From: Mytilus trossulus
Taxonomy: Eukaryota
Assembly (NCBI RefSeq): GCF_036588685.1
Contig: NC_086374.1
Span: 35,588,001 to 35,652,000 of the forward strand
Length of the DNA: 64,000 bases
Direction: 5' to 3'
Shown: one piece after another, positions 28,883 through 41,583 of the stretch
How the letters are laid out: the number at the start of each line of letters is the position of its first letter
Position numbering within the stretch: position 1 is the first letter of the stretch
Notes under the pieces: generated by a model
What the model was told of the DNA's origin: nothing
The model's database searches: none
Seen by the model: only the letters and a program-made list of their open reading frames with translations
Made by a program: the position numbers and the translations under genes

Positions 28883-30099
28883 CTGAAATTGTAAAGTATT
28901 ACGGAGTCAAGACTCAATTTTCGGACATGTTAATGTTTACTTATGACGTTTATTTTTGTTGCACTAATTCAGTGCTCCTGTTGTTATTTTGTCCCTTTTA
29001 TAAGTTATAGTTTATGTGTCTCCCTCAGTGTTAGTTTGTAATCCGATTTTTTTCCCTCTCAATCGATACTGTTGCCTTTAATTACACAAACATATTCTTT
29101 CTTCCTACTTTAACTTGTTATCGCATGTATTGTTCTTTGCTTCTGTTTTGTACATTGACTATGCCGAGATGTATGGGGAAGGTGTATGTAACAAAAAGCT
29201 ACAAATGAGACACTCTTCATACTGGGGATTTTATTTGTATGTAATATGTAAAGCATCCCTGCTTTCATTGCGATTCTAGGGTAATCAGTATTTAATGTAG
29301 GATAACTCCGTTCACATATATTTGTTAAGTATTTGGATGTAAACGCATTTTTTACCACACCTGCTTAGTATTGTTTTTTTCCCTATTGTACAATACATAT
29401 AATGATAAACATTTGTGGACGACAAAGTGGAGAATATACAAGACAGCTTTTTCGTCGCCCTAACGCTAATACGAATACTAAATATAAAGTAGTAGTTCCA
29501 GTAAGACCCCTTTTTGGAATATAAATATGGTCCGTTTTTGACACTACAATTCACATATATATCGGGTTCTAGCAGCAGCATTAAGTCAGACTAAAGTACT
29601 GAAATCTTCAAAAATTTAGCGTTTTAGTTATATTTTGGACGGTTTCCGTCATAAATGAAAGTGGCGGCATTTGTGTTCATTCTTAATATTGAAATGTAAG
29701 TTGTATTTGATGATAATACATAACATATATGAAGGTTGAGGATGAACACGAATGTGGCCACTTTCATGTTTGACAAAAAAAAAAACACCTGAAAAGGGAC
29801 ATTTTTGGCATATTTTATATATATGTTATATTTAATTGTTGTTATGGTCAAATAATTGTGATGGCTTTTATATAACAATGGCAATTGTGTTTTGTTTTTC
29901 ATTAATCTATTTTCATTATCATTGGTGGAATGAAATTGTGCACATATGAAAATCGTCATTTGCAGATTTTATACCACCGCTTAAGATTAAAGATTTTTCT
30001 AAAATGATCATACATATAAAGGGAAGTGGTCAAGGTAAAAACTACGTTATAAAACCAGCAAATAGAGTCTGCAAAACTTTCTAATGCACGTTTACTCAC

Positions 30100-30245
30100 C
30101 TGTAATCAAATACGACATCCACACTAGTTTGTTAATTTTTATGCTGTCTTTATATTTCGAAACACACATTGTCGATATGACAACGACAGCGCATCCGATG
30201 CAAACATTGACATTATTTGGAAGGCACTTGTAGTTTTAATCCATC
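30100..30245 (-). pseudogene. Claudin-PARP fusion gene A, exon 2 (TM2), frameshifted in this sequence
   Basis: 146 nt versus 150 nt in gene B. Begins GWIKTTSAFQIMSMF and ends in another frame CIGCAVVVISTMCVSKYKDSIKINKLVWMSYLIT; donor G|gtgagt; premature TAA at 30141-30139. Confidence 0.8.
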
Positions 30246-32419
30246 CTTTATTAAAAGACAAAAGTTTTAATTCAGACATTGTCTTTCGCCCATTCCATTT
30301 CGTTTCATTGCATCGACTTATACCATAGAATATGAAGGAAAATGCACAAAGACCTGACTCTTTGTTTTCCCGGGTTTAAAAATTAATTGATCAAACATAT
30401 TTCTCATATTAGTATATGCGTATCTTTATGAAAATAATTCTTATTCATATAAAAAAGAAGATGTGGTATGATTGCCAATGAAACAACTATCCACAAAAGA
30501 CCAAAATGACACAAACATTAACAATTATAGGTCACCGTAGTCTGTTTTTAAAATTATGATTAGAACATTAACTGTTTTGATGGTAATTGACGTTGATGGT
30601 GTCTTAGGTTTAACTTACATGACATGCATATGTAATTCTGATATTGTACGACATATTATCACCTGACCGAATAAAGTTTATTAACGGGGATAATATGCAA
30701 AAACACAATATTTCAATATTTCTAAAAATATGTTAATTCCTGAAATGTACATAAGCAAATTTGTCTGGCAAAAACCATAAATTGACAGCAATTGATATTA
30801 TTACAGTAATCAACATCAACGTATCAATAAGCCATTATTTACAACGTACAGCTTGTGTCGTTGCCCTTTTCCTATTTTAAGAAATCAAAGTAGCACAATA
30901 CAAAGATTTATTTACTTCCAATATTCAACCTTTAAAATGCTGTTACTTAAGACTGCATATAAATTAATAAAAAAGGTATATATAATAGATAGATAATAGA
31001 TTAATCTTTTAAATGAATGCAATATTTGTGTTATGATCAAATATTATGCAATTAACGGCAAAATCTTGAATTTAGCTATATCATCTCTATACAGGAATTT
31101 CTTACGATATCTTAATCACGAAGCAGGAGCTACAAAAGGGTGTCTCAAACTATTGCTATCGTATTTTATCCTCGCATAAATCTGTAATTAGAACATCCTT
31201 ACCACATAAAAGTAGATAATGTTTGATAAGGTATAAAATTTGATCTATACATTCTTCCCAAAATCTGAGATAATGGCTCTAGGAACAACATACAAAGAAA
31301 ATCAACTCTCTCGTGTTATCCACGAAGAAGCTAATTTCGATTAAAAGTGGAAATTTCTTGTTAAATTTTGTAGACACAATTCACATTATAATAATTACAA
31401 AATTGTTGTATAAAACTAACACTTCATTATTTAAAAGAGTAGTCTGTTAGCTATCCATAAATACCACTTTTATAAATTTTTGAGGGTTATAAAGAAAATT
31501 ACAGCATTTTAAAACTGGGGAATTGGAGGTAGAACATCTTTGTATTGTGCTACCCTTAAAGACATTTGTATGTTTTAACTTACAAAAAACATATACTTTT
31601 CAAACTTTTATGTCACCTAGAACGACAAGGTATAAACCGCAAGAGGTAAGGACTACTTTACGTTATAAATCCATTATATAAAGCGTTGTTATCGGACTAT
31701 CCTGGATAAATTGAAGGCATTTAACAAACTTTACAATCAAAACCAGAAGGTAGATATATATATATAGGTAACAGGAAGTTTACCAACGTCAGATCAGTTA
31801 CAAAATTTGAGTTATTAATTAATTTCTGGAGGACCGCTTGAAACTAGTATATCTTTCATCAATCGCACGATTTCCAAGTTAGATAAAAAGGAATGTGTCA
31901 TATACAGGAACATAAAACCATACATTTTCAAATTAATCGTAGTTAAATCAGGAATGAGTGAAGAGCACAAAAAAGATCATGTCCGAAAAAGAAGGTACTT
32001 AATATTTTCTTTTACAATGTATATAAGAGATTGACACAATTAGCCAGTTGTGTATATACGATCTATACAAACAAATGGATATCGAGTAAACTAAATAATG
32101 TGAAACACTCACTCCATTAAAACATACCACGAAAATTACCTCCAATGAAACGAAAAATTGTCTTTCTATTTTGAATTTTACTCGGAGTTCAGCATTTTTG
32201 TGATATTACTTTTTGTCCATTGGAAGCGAAAGATATCATTCTGTTTTACCTTATGAACTTAATGAAAGTAAATATTTTCCATACTTTGGAAAAAAGAAAG
32301 ATAACATCGATATCCTCCCTAGTATATGAAAATAAGGGTGAATCATTGTTTACAAAACTTTGAATTTACGAAATGCGAAGGATATTGTACTTCAGATGAC
32401 CTTAGCTCTATATTACAAA

Positions 32420-32660
32420 AAAACTCATCATAAACACCAGGACTAAAATTTAATATTTACGCCAGACGCGCTATTCGTCTACAAAAGACTCATCAGTGAC
32501 GCTCGAATAAAAAATGTTTAAAATGTCAAATAAAATACTAAGTTGAAGAGCATTCAGGACCAAAAATTCCTAAAAGTTTTCCCAAATACAGCTAAGGTAA
32601 TCTATTCCTGAGGTAGAAAAGCCTTAGTTTTGTTCAAAAATTCAAAGTTTTGTTAACAAA
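32420..32660 (-). repeat. Retrozyme-like fragment with hammerhead motif (32459-32504) in intron 1 of gene A
   Basis: Minus strand: gagcgtcactgatgagtcttttgtagacgaatagcgcgtctggcgt. Confidence 0.75.
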
Positions 32661-33159
32661 ACTTTCTGCAATCTAGACCACTTGGACACCTAGACTTAAC
32701 CAAAAATTAAAATTTTGGTGGCCTAGTGTTTTTTGTCTCTTATCATTCTTTTAAGAATCGCATTAATATCTATTTATGTTTTTATGATATATGTAGATAT
32801 TTTATTCCATGTGTTTATAAATGGTGACGCACTAATAAACTATCTATCTATATAATATATCTACCTTTCCTCGTCAGTAGAATCTAGAGTTTAAACACAG
32901 TACATGATAAATATATTAGGCATGAAGATGGAACTAAATATAAATACTAGTATATAGAAGTCATATGAATAATGGCGTAGGACTTAATACCATTTACCAT
33001 AAACGATTTGCACACTAGTAGATTGATATTAAATCTTTAAATTACTAAAGTAACATAAATCGAATTAAAAATAAATGATTTGCAGACTGAAAATAATATC
33101 TAAATTGTTATCCGACGAGTCATTCCCACGGAAAATAATGTCTAAGCATATTTCATTAC

Positions 33160-33430
33160 CTGGTGTGTCTTTTCCAAGAAAATTGATGATACTTTCACAA
33201 CATTCGAAGGAGCCTCGGTAGGAAGTCAGCATTGAGCAGTGATCCCAAAGTCCTTGTCGTGATGAATCTGATTCCGACCATGACGAACTTACTATACCAA
33301 GGACTATGAACAAAAATCCTACTGGTATTATAAAAATTGTTAGACGAACATTCAGTGGAAACTCAAAAAAGTTATCAGTTCCTTTAATGAGAGCGTCTGA
33401 CCAGGACATCGAATTTTCAACAACTGCCAT
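33160..33430 (-). CDS. Claudin-PARP fusion gene A, coding exon 1 (TM1 + ECL1 claudin signature)
   Basis: MAVVENSMSW...IFIIPVGFLFIVLGIVSSSW..S..SRQGLWDHC...ECC; donor CCAG|gtaatg. The start ATG choice is uncertain. Confidence 0.88.
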
Positions 33431-33899
33431 TTCATGAACGAATATCAATCAGTATACAAGGAACTAAATTTCTTTATCGCATACATTTCATCTACAAAAT
33501 TTAATTCAACCCTTATTACCTGTAATAAAACGACAAGATATATCAATTCTTTTTAAATTGAATGGAGACTAATTTATAAACTTGTATACTAGTATGCATA
33601 CTGAGTGATCATACAAAACATTGATGAGCAAATGTGACGACATAGTCATAACTATGGAACGAGATTGAAACGATCAGTCATCACGAAATTTACGTTAACA
33701 TACTTTTGAAACAATCATGTAATGGAGATAATCTTTCAAAATAGTTCTGATCTAGCTTTATAAGATAAACAAAACAAGAATAAATATATGTTAAAGAAAT
33801 CAAATTCAAAAGAAAATAAACAAACCATAAAAAAACACCAACTGCTACTCCGGCTAATATTGAACAATACTACAGTGAAATAGTGATTGCTATTTTGAG

Positions 33900-36800
33900 A
33901 GCCGATATCGAATTCTAACCCGGCAAACAATATGTAAAACATTTAAAACCGTATTGGACAAAAACTGTGAAAGAATATTATACCATTATGGGAATACAAC
34001 GTCGAAAATGGATTGAAAATGGCAAATTTCACGGCCGTAATAAAACATTTCAGTGATTACAAAAGCGCTAAATTGAATTTTAGAAAACAGCTTGAGCTAG
34101 CATATGAAAGCTTCATTAGTGAAATAAATCGTAAAATCGGATAATCTGTCGACTGTGAACAACGTTTTGTATGGTCTGTGATTAAAAATGGGCGCAAACG
34201 TGTATCGCATTGTCAACAATTAAATATTAGCGGTACTCAACTTATTTCTTCAGACGAAATACGTGACGGTTGGGTAACTCATTTCCAATCTGTATTCAGT
34301 TTCGATAGCAATTTGATCAACCCTGTAAATGAAAAGGCTGTCGATAATACTGTCAACGACTTGATAAAAAACTGTCCGTACAAACACAAACAAAAATATG
34401 GAGGAATTTACTTTCGACGAACTATATAAAATTTTCCGTGCAACAAATCTCTAGGGTTAGATGGAATCTGTTACGAACATTTGAAGTACGACGAAAAACT
34501 ACTCCAGCGTCATTTGTGCAGTTTGTTTAATCGTGTACTGGAAACATGCTACAGTAACTCTATATAAAGGTGGAAACAAATCAAAGTCTGATCCGAATTA
34601 TCATCGGGGAATTTCTCTACTATGTATCATATCAAAACTGTTTGAAAAGGCATTATATACTCGTTTACTATCGCTTCATCACAACTTTCCACACCAATCA
34701 CAAGTTGCCTACCAGAAGACATTATCTAGCACACATGCAAGTTGTAACATGCAAGAAGCCGTATACCATAACTTAGAGCGTCATAGCAATATTATCGTCA
34801 CACTTCTCGACAGCATGAAAGCATTTGATACTCTATGGCACAAAGGACTATAAGTTAAATTGCATATATACACATGGAAAAAAGTATTGCAACACCTTGC
34901 TTTTTTAAAACTTGAAAAATCAGCCTCTTTTTTTGGATAAAAAATAATAAAATATGTGTATAATATTATTGAAACATAGTTTATGATAACATTGGCATTG
35001 AAACGAACAAAACATGTTTGAAAAAAAAATGATTTATATAACCACAATTTTAATAGCAAAATGAAGTGTTTTTATGTACAAAAAAAAATGCATTTTACAA
35101 CGTTTACTGTAGTCGAACTTTACAATGTCAGACATTTCAAAATTAATCTTCAGATGACTGTTCACATCATAGTTGATCGTTATATGCCAAAGAATTAGTA
35201 CTTTGTGCGCAGCCTCCATTCAAACGAATAACCGCATCTAAACGTCTTCTGATTCCTGCGATAAATCGACTAATTTTCTGCTAAGGTAGCAGCAACCATT
35301 TTTGATGAAGGGTATTGTTTATTTCATGATGTGTTTGAACTAGGGTGTCCTTTCGCGCACTTTCCGCCCAATAGTGTCCCAAATATACTCGATATGGTTC
35401 AAATCCGGGCTACGATCGGGACAAGGAAGATGAGCTGAATTCCATTTGAACATTGGATCTTCCTTCACGATGCTAATTTCCAACTCTGGCGAGCTCTGCA
35501 CTACATTGGATACGGAAAACTGTATGTCTGTTCGTTAGCAAAAGTCTCCGAAATGGTCTTATCGCACGATAACTAGTAGCGATGAGTCGATCTTGAACAG
35601 TTCTTGTTAAAAGGCTCCTGTATGACCACCACTCTTTTTTTTTGGATTGTCTTGTTTGTAATGGGTTTCCTTCTGACCAACCTTCATTATGCTTGATTTT
35701 CCCTATCAAATGGTATATGAGGGTCTTCGTTATCTCGGAAGGTCTAACAGCGTTTATTGCCTGATTTTTTATTCTCAAAAAGACTTATAGTGGAATGGTG
35801 ATATCCAACAATACGTGCAGTTGTAACATTGACATCCCTGCTTCTCTTATGCTGATAATATGGCATCTTGCTGCAGTTAAGAGTTGTCAAGGACCCATTA
35901 CAAGGTGTTAATCACATAACTTTAAAAACTTGGTTATTTAAAGTGTTGAAAACAATGAGGATAAAAAACATCTGGTTTGCTGTTTACGGGAACAGTAGCT
36001 GCATGCGCAGATAAAAACTTATCGAGTCGATGTTTATTGATTAAACTCAGGTGATACTTAAATAATGTTTAACTGGTTCTATTTTACCAAATTATATCAC
36101 AAAAAAATAAAGAGCGTTTTTTTTAATTTCAATTTCAATTTGGTGTTGCAATACTTTTTCCAATGGGTATTTTTGGAGTTCGGGGTTTAACTTGGTGTGG
36201 ATTTATGAAATGAACCAGAACATGCGAAGCTGTGTGCAATTTAAAGGAAAGTGTTCAAAATGGTTCGAACTCAAAAGAGGCGTAAGACAAGGCGGGATAC
36301 TGTCTGATGTTTTTTATTTAGTGTTCATTAATAATCTTCTTAGACAATTAGAAGAAAATCCTTATGGAAGTATGCTCTTCAATCTTCGTGTAAGCAGTAC
36401 CGTACAAGCGGACGCCATTGCTCTTATATCTACAACATCAAAATGTATGAAAACTTTAATAAACACTTGCCAAACATATAGCGAAAATTGGGGCTTCAGA
36501 TTCTCATCAGCAAAAAGCGAAGTACCGAAATTTTGTTCTTCAAAATGTGCTACCATCAGTCAACCATTGAAACTTTACGGGGCGGACATTCCAGTTGTAA
36601 CATCAACCAAGCATGTTAGAAATATATTAAATGCCGAATTTATTTAAGAGCATGTTAAGAACTTTAAATGCATGCCGAATTTTGCGTGCAACTGCGTTAT
36701 CTGTAATGAAATCCGGAATGCACCCGTCCTTCCTTAATCCATTGACGTGCTCCAAAATAGTATTTCAGATGTGTTATCCAAAGGCAATGTTTGCTTGTGA

Positions 36801-36960
36801 CCTTTGGTATGGTCTTTCAAATACTGAATTTTCAATGTTAGAACGTTCTCACAAATATATTTGTAAAATAATTCAAGGGCTTCCTGCACGAACACGATCC
36901 GACAAGAGCACAAGCCTACTCGGTTGGCTTTCTGTGGAGTGCTATATTGACAAGTGTAAG
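33900..36960 (+). mobile_element. Decayed non-LTR (LINE) retrotransposon RT, split by a Tc1 insertion
   Basis: KSLGLDGICYEHLK, LYKGGNKSKSDPNYHRGISLL, LLDSMKAFDTLWHKGL (to ~34868), then GVRQGGILS..F..FINNLL and VQADAIALI (from ~36170). Confidence 0.85.
34871..36167 (-). mobile_element. Internally deleted Tc1/mariner DNA transposon, copy 1
   Basis: TA-flanked TIRs cacatggaaaaaagtattgcaacacc / ggtgttgcaatactttttccaatggg; transposase remnant RSPDLNHIEYIWDT on the minus strand. Confidence 0.88.
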
Positions 36961-37524
36961 ATTGTTGGATTTCTTATCTCGAAAACAAGCACATCGATCC
37001 CTATATTTTTTTTGCTTTTTGGATTCCTCAATTTATTCCCTATCAAAACATACTAGTTTTATGAAAAGTTATTTATTTTGAAACTGAGCAGCGAACATCC
37101 TTAAGAGCGAAGCTTTGGGAGGACTTAAAATAAGTATAAACACGAGTATGTTCAGTGTGTATCTAGACAATCTAACGTCATCCACATTCACAGCAACACT
37201 TTTGTAATGTTATACGGAATATGATCTAGATAATGATAACAATATTTATTTCTCAAAAACTTGTATTACACATGTTCAACGAATGTGCAGCGTTATTTAT
37301 AACAGTTAACTTAAAAATTAATATGTGACATTTAAATCATTTAATCTCTCTAATGTCTTAATTCAACATGTAAATATTATTATTGTACAAACATTGTTTA
37401 ATACATGCAAAATCTTCGATAATAAGGAAATAAAGTAAATATATAATGATTCACGCTTATTAATAAAAAACAATCAGATTCAATAGTAATCAAAAGAGAA
37501 TAACGAAAATGAAACAATAGTAGT

Positions 37525-37770
37525 AGTTATCGAGAGTACCAGGAATAAAATTTAGTACGCCAGACGGGCGTTTCGTCTACATAAGACTCATTAGTGACGC
37601 TCATATCAAAATATTTATAAAGCCAAAGAAGTGCAAAATTGAAGAACATTAAGGATCCAAAATTTCAAAAAAATTGTGCCAAATACGGCTTAGGCAATCT
37701 ATGCATGGGATAAGAAATCCTTACTTTTTCGAAATATTCAAAGTTTTGTAAACAGGAAATTTATAAAAAT
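37525..37770 (-). repeat. Retrozyme-like fragment with hammerhead motif (37557-37602)
   Basis: Minus strand: gagcgtcactaatgagtcttatgtagacgaaacgcccgtctggcgta (CUGAUGA changed to CUAAUGA). Confidence 0.72.
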
Positions 37771-38039
37771 TTATAACAATATTTTTAATTAGAGTTGATC
37801 ATTTAAAAACAAGTTCGACGTACTTTACACGAAGTCCAAATTTGAAATATTTTTTGTTTTCAGTTATAGCTCGACGAATCAAAAATTTACACAAGAGCCT
37901 GTGTCGCTCAACTGTTTTTAATAATGTTGAAAATCATGTAAAATAAGGTTTAAATCATAATTAATTGTAAGAGATATTAGATATTATTAGAAACTATAAT
38001 GATAGTTCAATTTAAGCTACATCATTGCACATCAGATAG

Positions 38040-39158
38040 TCAAATATCTGTGGGAATGTGGCATTTCTTTTCAAGTATCCAGTGTGTTAAATTAAATTTA
38101 ATGCCTCGTTGATACCCTATATTTAGTTTTTCACAAACAGAACAATGAAGAGTTTGCAACATCTCCTGCTGTGAATACGAGCTTGAGAAGAACTGATCTT
38201 TTGCTTTCAAATAACTAGTGTACAAACGTTCATCACTTCCCACATGTTTTAGATACAAAGCTAGTTCTTTAGGTGTTGAAAAATCTAATGTGGAGATATA
38301 TGTACCTTTTGGTAAAATGTTTCTTACATTCGGAGCTCCTCGGTACACTGGAATAAGGTCAAAACCATCCTGATAGAACCGGTATGCCTTTTCAGTGACA
38401 TAGTCATCACAAAGAGAGTTTTCAAATGCCAAGTAAAATTTATATACTTTACTTAAATCGTTGAAACAGGAGTCATCATTCCAAGGAGAAGAACACTTTT
38501 TACCACACCCTCCAAACACGTCAACATCTATTGTTTTATCCATCTTCTTAACATATGTGTTCCTCTTTGATACAGCTTTACAATTGCTTACTACCCAAGC
38601 AACATTTTTTATCTTTTGAAGGAAAATTTGTGTGTAGTTTTTTTCAGATTGTATTTTTGTTCTTGCCAGTAGTCCATACGGAAAATATATATCAGCATCT
38701 GATCTATAGCTGAGTACCCAATCAAATTTATTGTCCCATTCTTTTTTTATAAAGTTTTTGTTTGTATATGCTTTAGATTCAACAGAAATGAATACCCATT
38801 TCTGACTGAATGACTTATTTGGAACCTTACCATTAAGGCTAGTATGATAAAATAACACAGCATCGCTTTTACTAAGTGAAGTTTCATTCGATGCTACATT
38901 AATCTTGCAATTCCTGAAATTACAATTCCTAAATTTGTATTTGAGCAGACCTGTTGGTATCACGTGGGGTCGTTTATTCCATGTTATTGAATATATTTTC
39001 TTGTATACATGTTTATCTGTAATTACTACTGCCTTTGTTTTTACCAACTGTAGCGGAAAGATATTATCGAAATAACAACTGACGAAAAGAATGCCAGTGC
39101 CAATTGACATCAATGTTAAAAGTCCATAATACATAATTGTGGTCTGAGAAAAGCGCAT
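38040..39158 (-). CDS. Alpha-1,3-fucosyltransferase, GT10 family, 372 aa, single coding exon
   Basis: N-terminal type II TM anchor; SDAVLFYH, WVFISVES, SYRSDADI..PYG, VAWVVSNC, VDVFGGCG, YKFYLAFENSLCDDYVTEK, PKELALYL. Confidence 0.95.
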   Translation of the reverse strand: MRFSQTTIMYYGLLTLMSIGTGILFVSCYFDNIFPLQLVKTKAVVITDKHVYKKIYSITWNKRPHVIPTGLLKYKFRNCNFRNCKINVASNETSLSKSDAVLFYHTSLNGKVPNKSFSQKWVFISVESKAYTNKNFIKKEWDNKFDWVLSYRSDADIYFPYGLLARTKIQSEKNYTQIFLQKIKNVAWVVSNCKAVSKRNTYVKKMDKTIDVDVFGGCGKKCSSPWNDDSCFNDLSKVYKFYLAFENSLCDDYVTEKAYRFYQDGFDLIPVYRGAPNVRNILPKGTYISTLDFSTPKELALYLKHVGSDERLYTSYLKAKDQFFSSSYSQQEMLQTLHCSVCEKLNIGYQRGIKFNLTHWILEKKCHIPTDI

Positions 39159-40800
39159 CTTGTTAGTCCTGAAATATAATATATGTACTATGTATCAAAT
39201 ATTAGTTATACAAGAATTTCACAATAAAATACAATAGTTCGACTTTCTCGACAAAAGGCCTTCAATGCCAATGTAACATTAACGTCAAGTATGAAATATT
39301 CCAAATATTTATTAGGGTCTGTATGTTAATTTTTTAATTTAAGGAATAAAAGATCAGTACTACGGAAAACGGGCTCAAAAGTAAAGAACAGAAAGAAAAA
39401 AAAATATGTTTAAACATAAAAGAAAAATAGAGCAGTTGGCAAAAATAATAGTTTTTACAGACGTCACACATTATTGTATAGCTCCGACGTACGCCAAGCA
39501 TGGTGAAAATCGGCGTGTCTAGGACGTTTTATTATTTGGTGTTTGTTACAAATATACCGCATACGTTGTGTCGAGTCGAACGAACTTGAAGCGTATACAA
39601 CGTGCCCTTAACGTTTCTCAAACTTATCCGTAGCGTTTTCAACGAGCTTTATTGAAGCATATGTATAACCTGCGTGTAGCGTACATGTATACGCTCGGCA
39701 CACGATTTAGCTGGATGAAAATATGTATGCTGCATGAAAAGATAGACACAAACTTTGAATAGCAAAAATAATAAAAAAAAAAACCTATAACATTGTTGAA
39801 ATCGTCAGTCGACTCCTAATCAGAGTTATTGCCCTATAATGAAAATTTTACCAAATTTTGTTAGTCGACTCCTTATTGAAGTTATTGCCCTTTATGTTGC
39901 ACATTGTAAATACAACTGTTTCACAAACCATGCCTCTGAGCCGTCTTGCATCGGTCGAGGATCGGACTACAAACACAAAGTTTCCTAGTTCGATCAGGGA
40001 TGGAATTTTCGGCTCTCCTTGTGTGTGAGTATGGTATTAAGAATCGACAATTGTCCGTTGCAATATCTCTTGCACGTAAAAAATATTTTTGATTTCGAAA
40101 AAGAGCAGGCTAATGTCACTTCAAGGCAGCACTTGCACGGGCAAAGAGGAAAAGGATTACTATTGTAATAACTTGTTTCCCAATCCACTACAAATAAATA
40201 TATTTTAAAAAAACCACGCATCTTTGGGTTTCATCTCATAGAGACAATAGTTGGGGACGTTACAATATAAATGCAAATGTTAGGCGGTGGAATTGATTTC
40301 TGAGAAATACCTAAAGTGAAGTAAGGGGCGTGCAAAATTTTAGTATAACTTCTCAGAAGTTCAGGTCATATAAATATTGAAGGTATGCCGCTCAGCATTA
40401 TGTAAAGACCTTTGAATATAAAGTTGTGAATATCAACTCCCCATTTTAGGATATATTTTTTTACAAGTGCATAGTGAAAGTGCCACAGTTTAGGCCGCAA
40501 AAAGAATTTCTAGGGAACATTGCATTGTCTATCTTTACAGAAAAAAGTAAAATCACAAAAAACTTGAGCTCCGTGGAAAATCAAAACGGAAAGTCCTTAA
40601 TCAAATGGCAAAATTAAATGACAAAACAAATCAAACGAATGGACAAAAACGGTCATGCTCCTGATTTCGTACAAGCATTTTCAAATGGAAAAATGGCTGA
40701 TTGAACATGGTTTTGTAGCGTTAAATCTCTCAACAAGATTTACAAAAAGGTCAAAGGTGCCAGAAATATTCAGTCAACTCTTTATTGAAGTTATTGCCCT

Positions 40801-41583
40801 TTTTAGCTCAGCTGGCCCGAAGGGCCAAGTGAGATTTTCTCACCACTTGGCGTCCGTCGTCCGTCGTTTGTCGTCTACCGTCGTCGTTAACATTTTACAT
40901 TTTGAACTTCTTCTAGAGAACCACTGAATGGAATGAAACCAAACATGGCATGAATGTTCCTTATGAGGTGCTGACCAAGTGTTGTTACTTTGTAGCCGAT
41001 CCATCATCCAAGATGTCCGCCAGCGGGGGACTTAGTTTAAAATAGGACCCTATAGGAAATGCATACAAATGACTTCTTCTAGAGAACTACTGAATGGAAT
41101 GAAACCAAACATAGCATGAATGTTCCTTATGGGGTGCTGACCAAGTGTTGTTACTTTGTAGCCGATCAATCATCCAAGATGTCCGCCAGCGGGGGACTTA
41201 GTTTAACATAGGACCCTATGGGAAATCCATACAAATGACTTCTTCTAGAGAACCACTGAATGGAATGAAACCAAACACGGCATGAATGTTCCTTATGAGA
41301 TGTTGACTAAGTGTTGTTACTTTGTAGCCAATCCATAATCTAAGATGGCCGCCAGCAGGGGACCTATTTTAACATAGGACCCTATGGGAAATGCATACAA
41401 ATTTCTTCTTTTAGAGAACCACTAAATTGAATGAAACCAAACATAGCATAAATGTTCCTTTCCTAATGAGGTTCTGGCCAAGTGTTGTTACTTTGTAGCC
41501 AAATTTTATCTTTTTTTTTTATATGAGTTCAAAAACCCAGGTTGTTTCAGGTGAGCGATACAGGCTCTTGAGAGCCTCTAGTT
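40801..41583 (+). mobile_element. Non-autonomous Helentron/HINE-type element with a central 166-bp tandem array
   Basis: 5' ttttagctcagctggcccgaagggcca, (cgtc)n tract, ~3.6 x 166-bp units (ttctagagaa at 40911, 41077, 41243, 41409), 3' ggtgagcga followed by hairpin aggctcttgagagcct and ctagtt. Confidence 0.8.
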
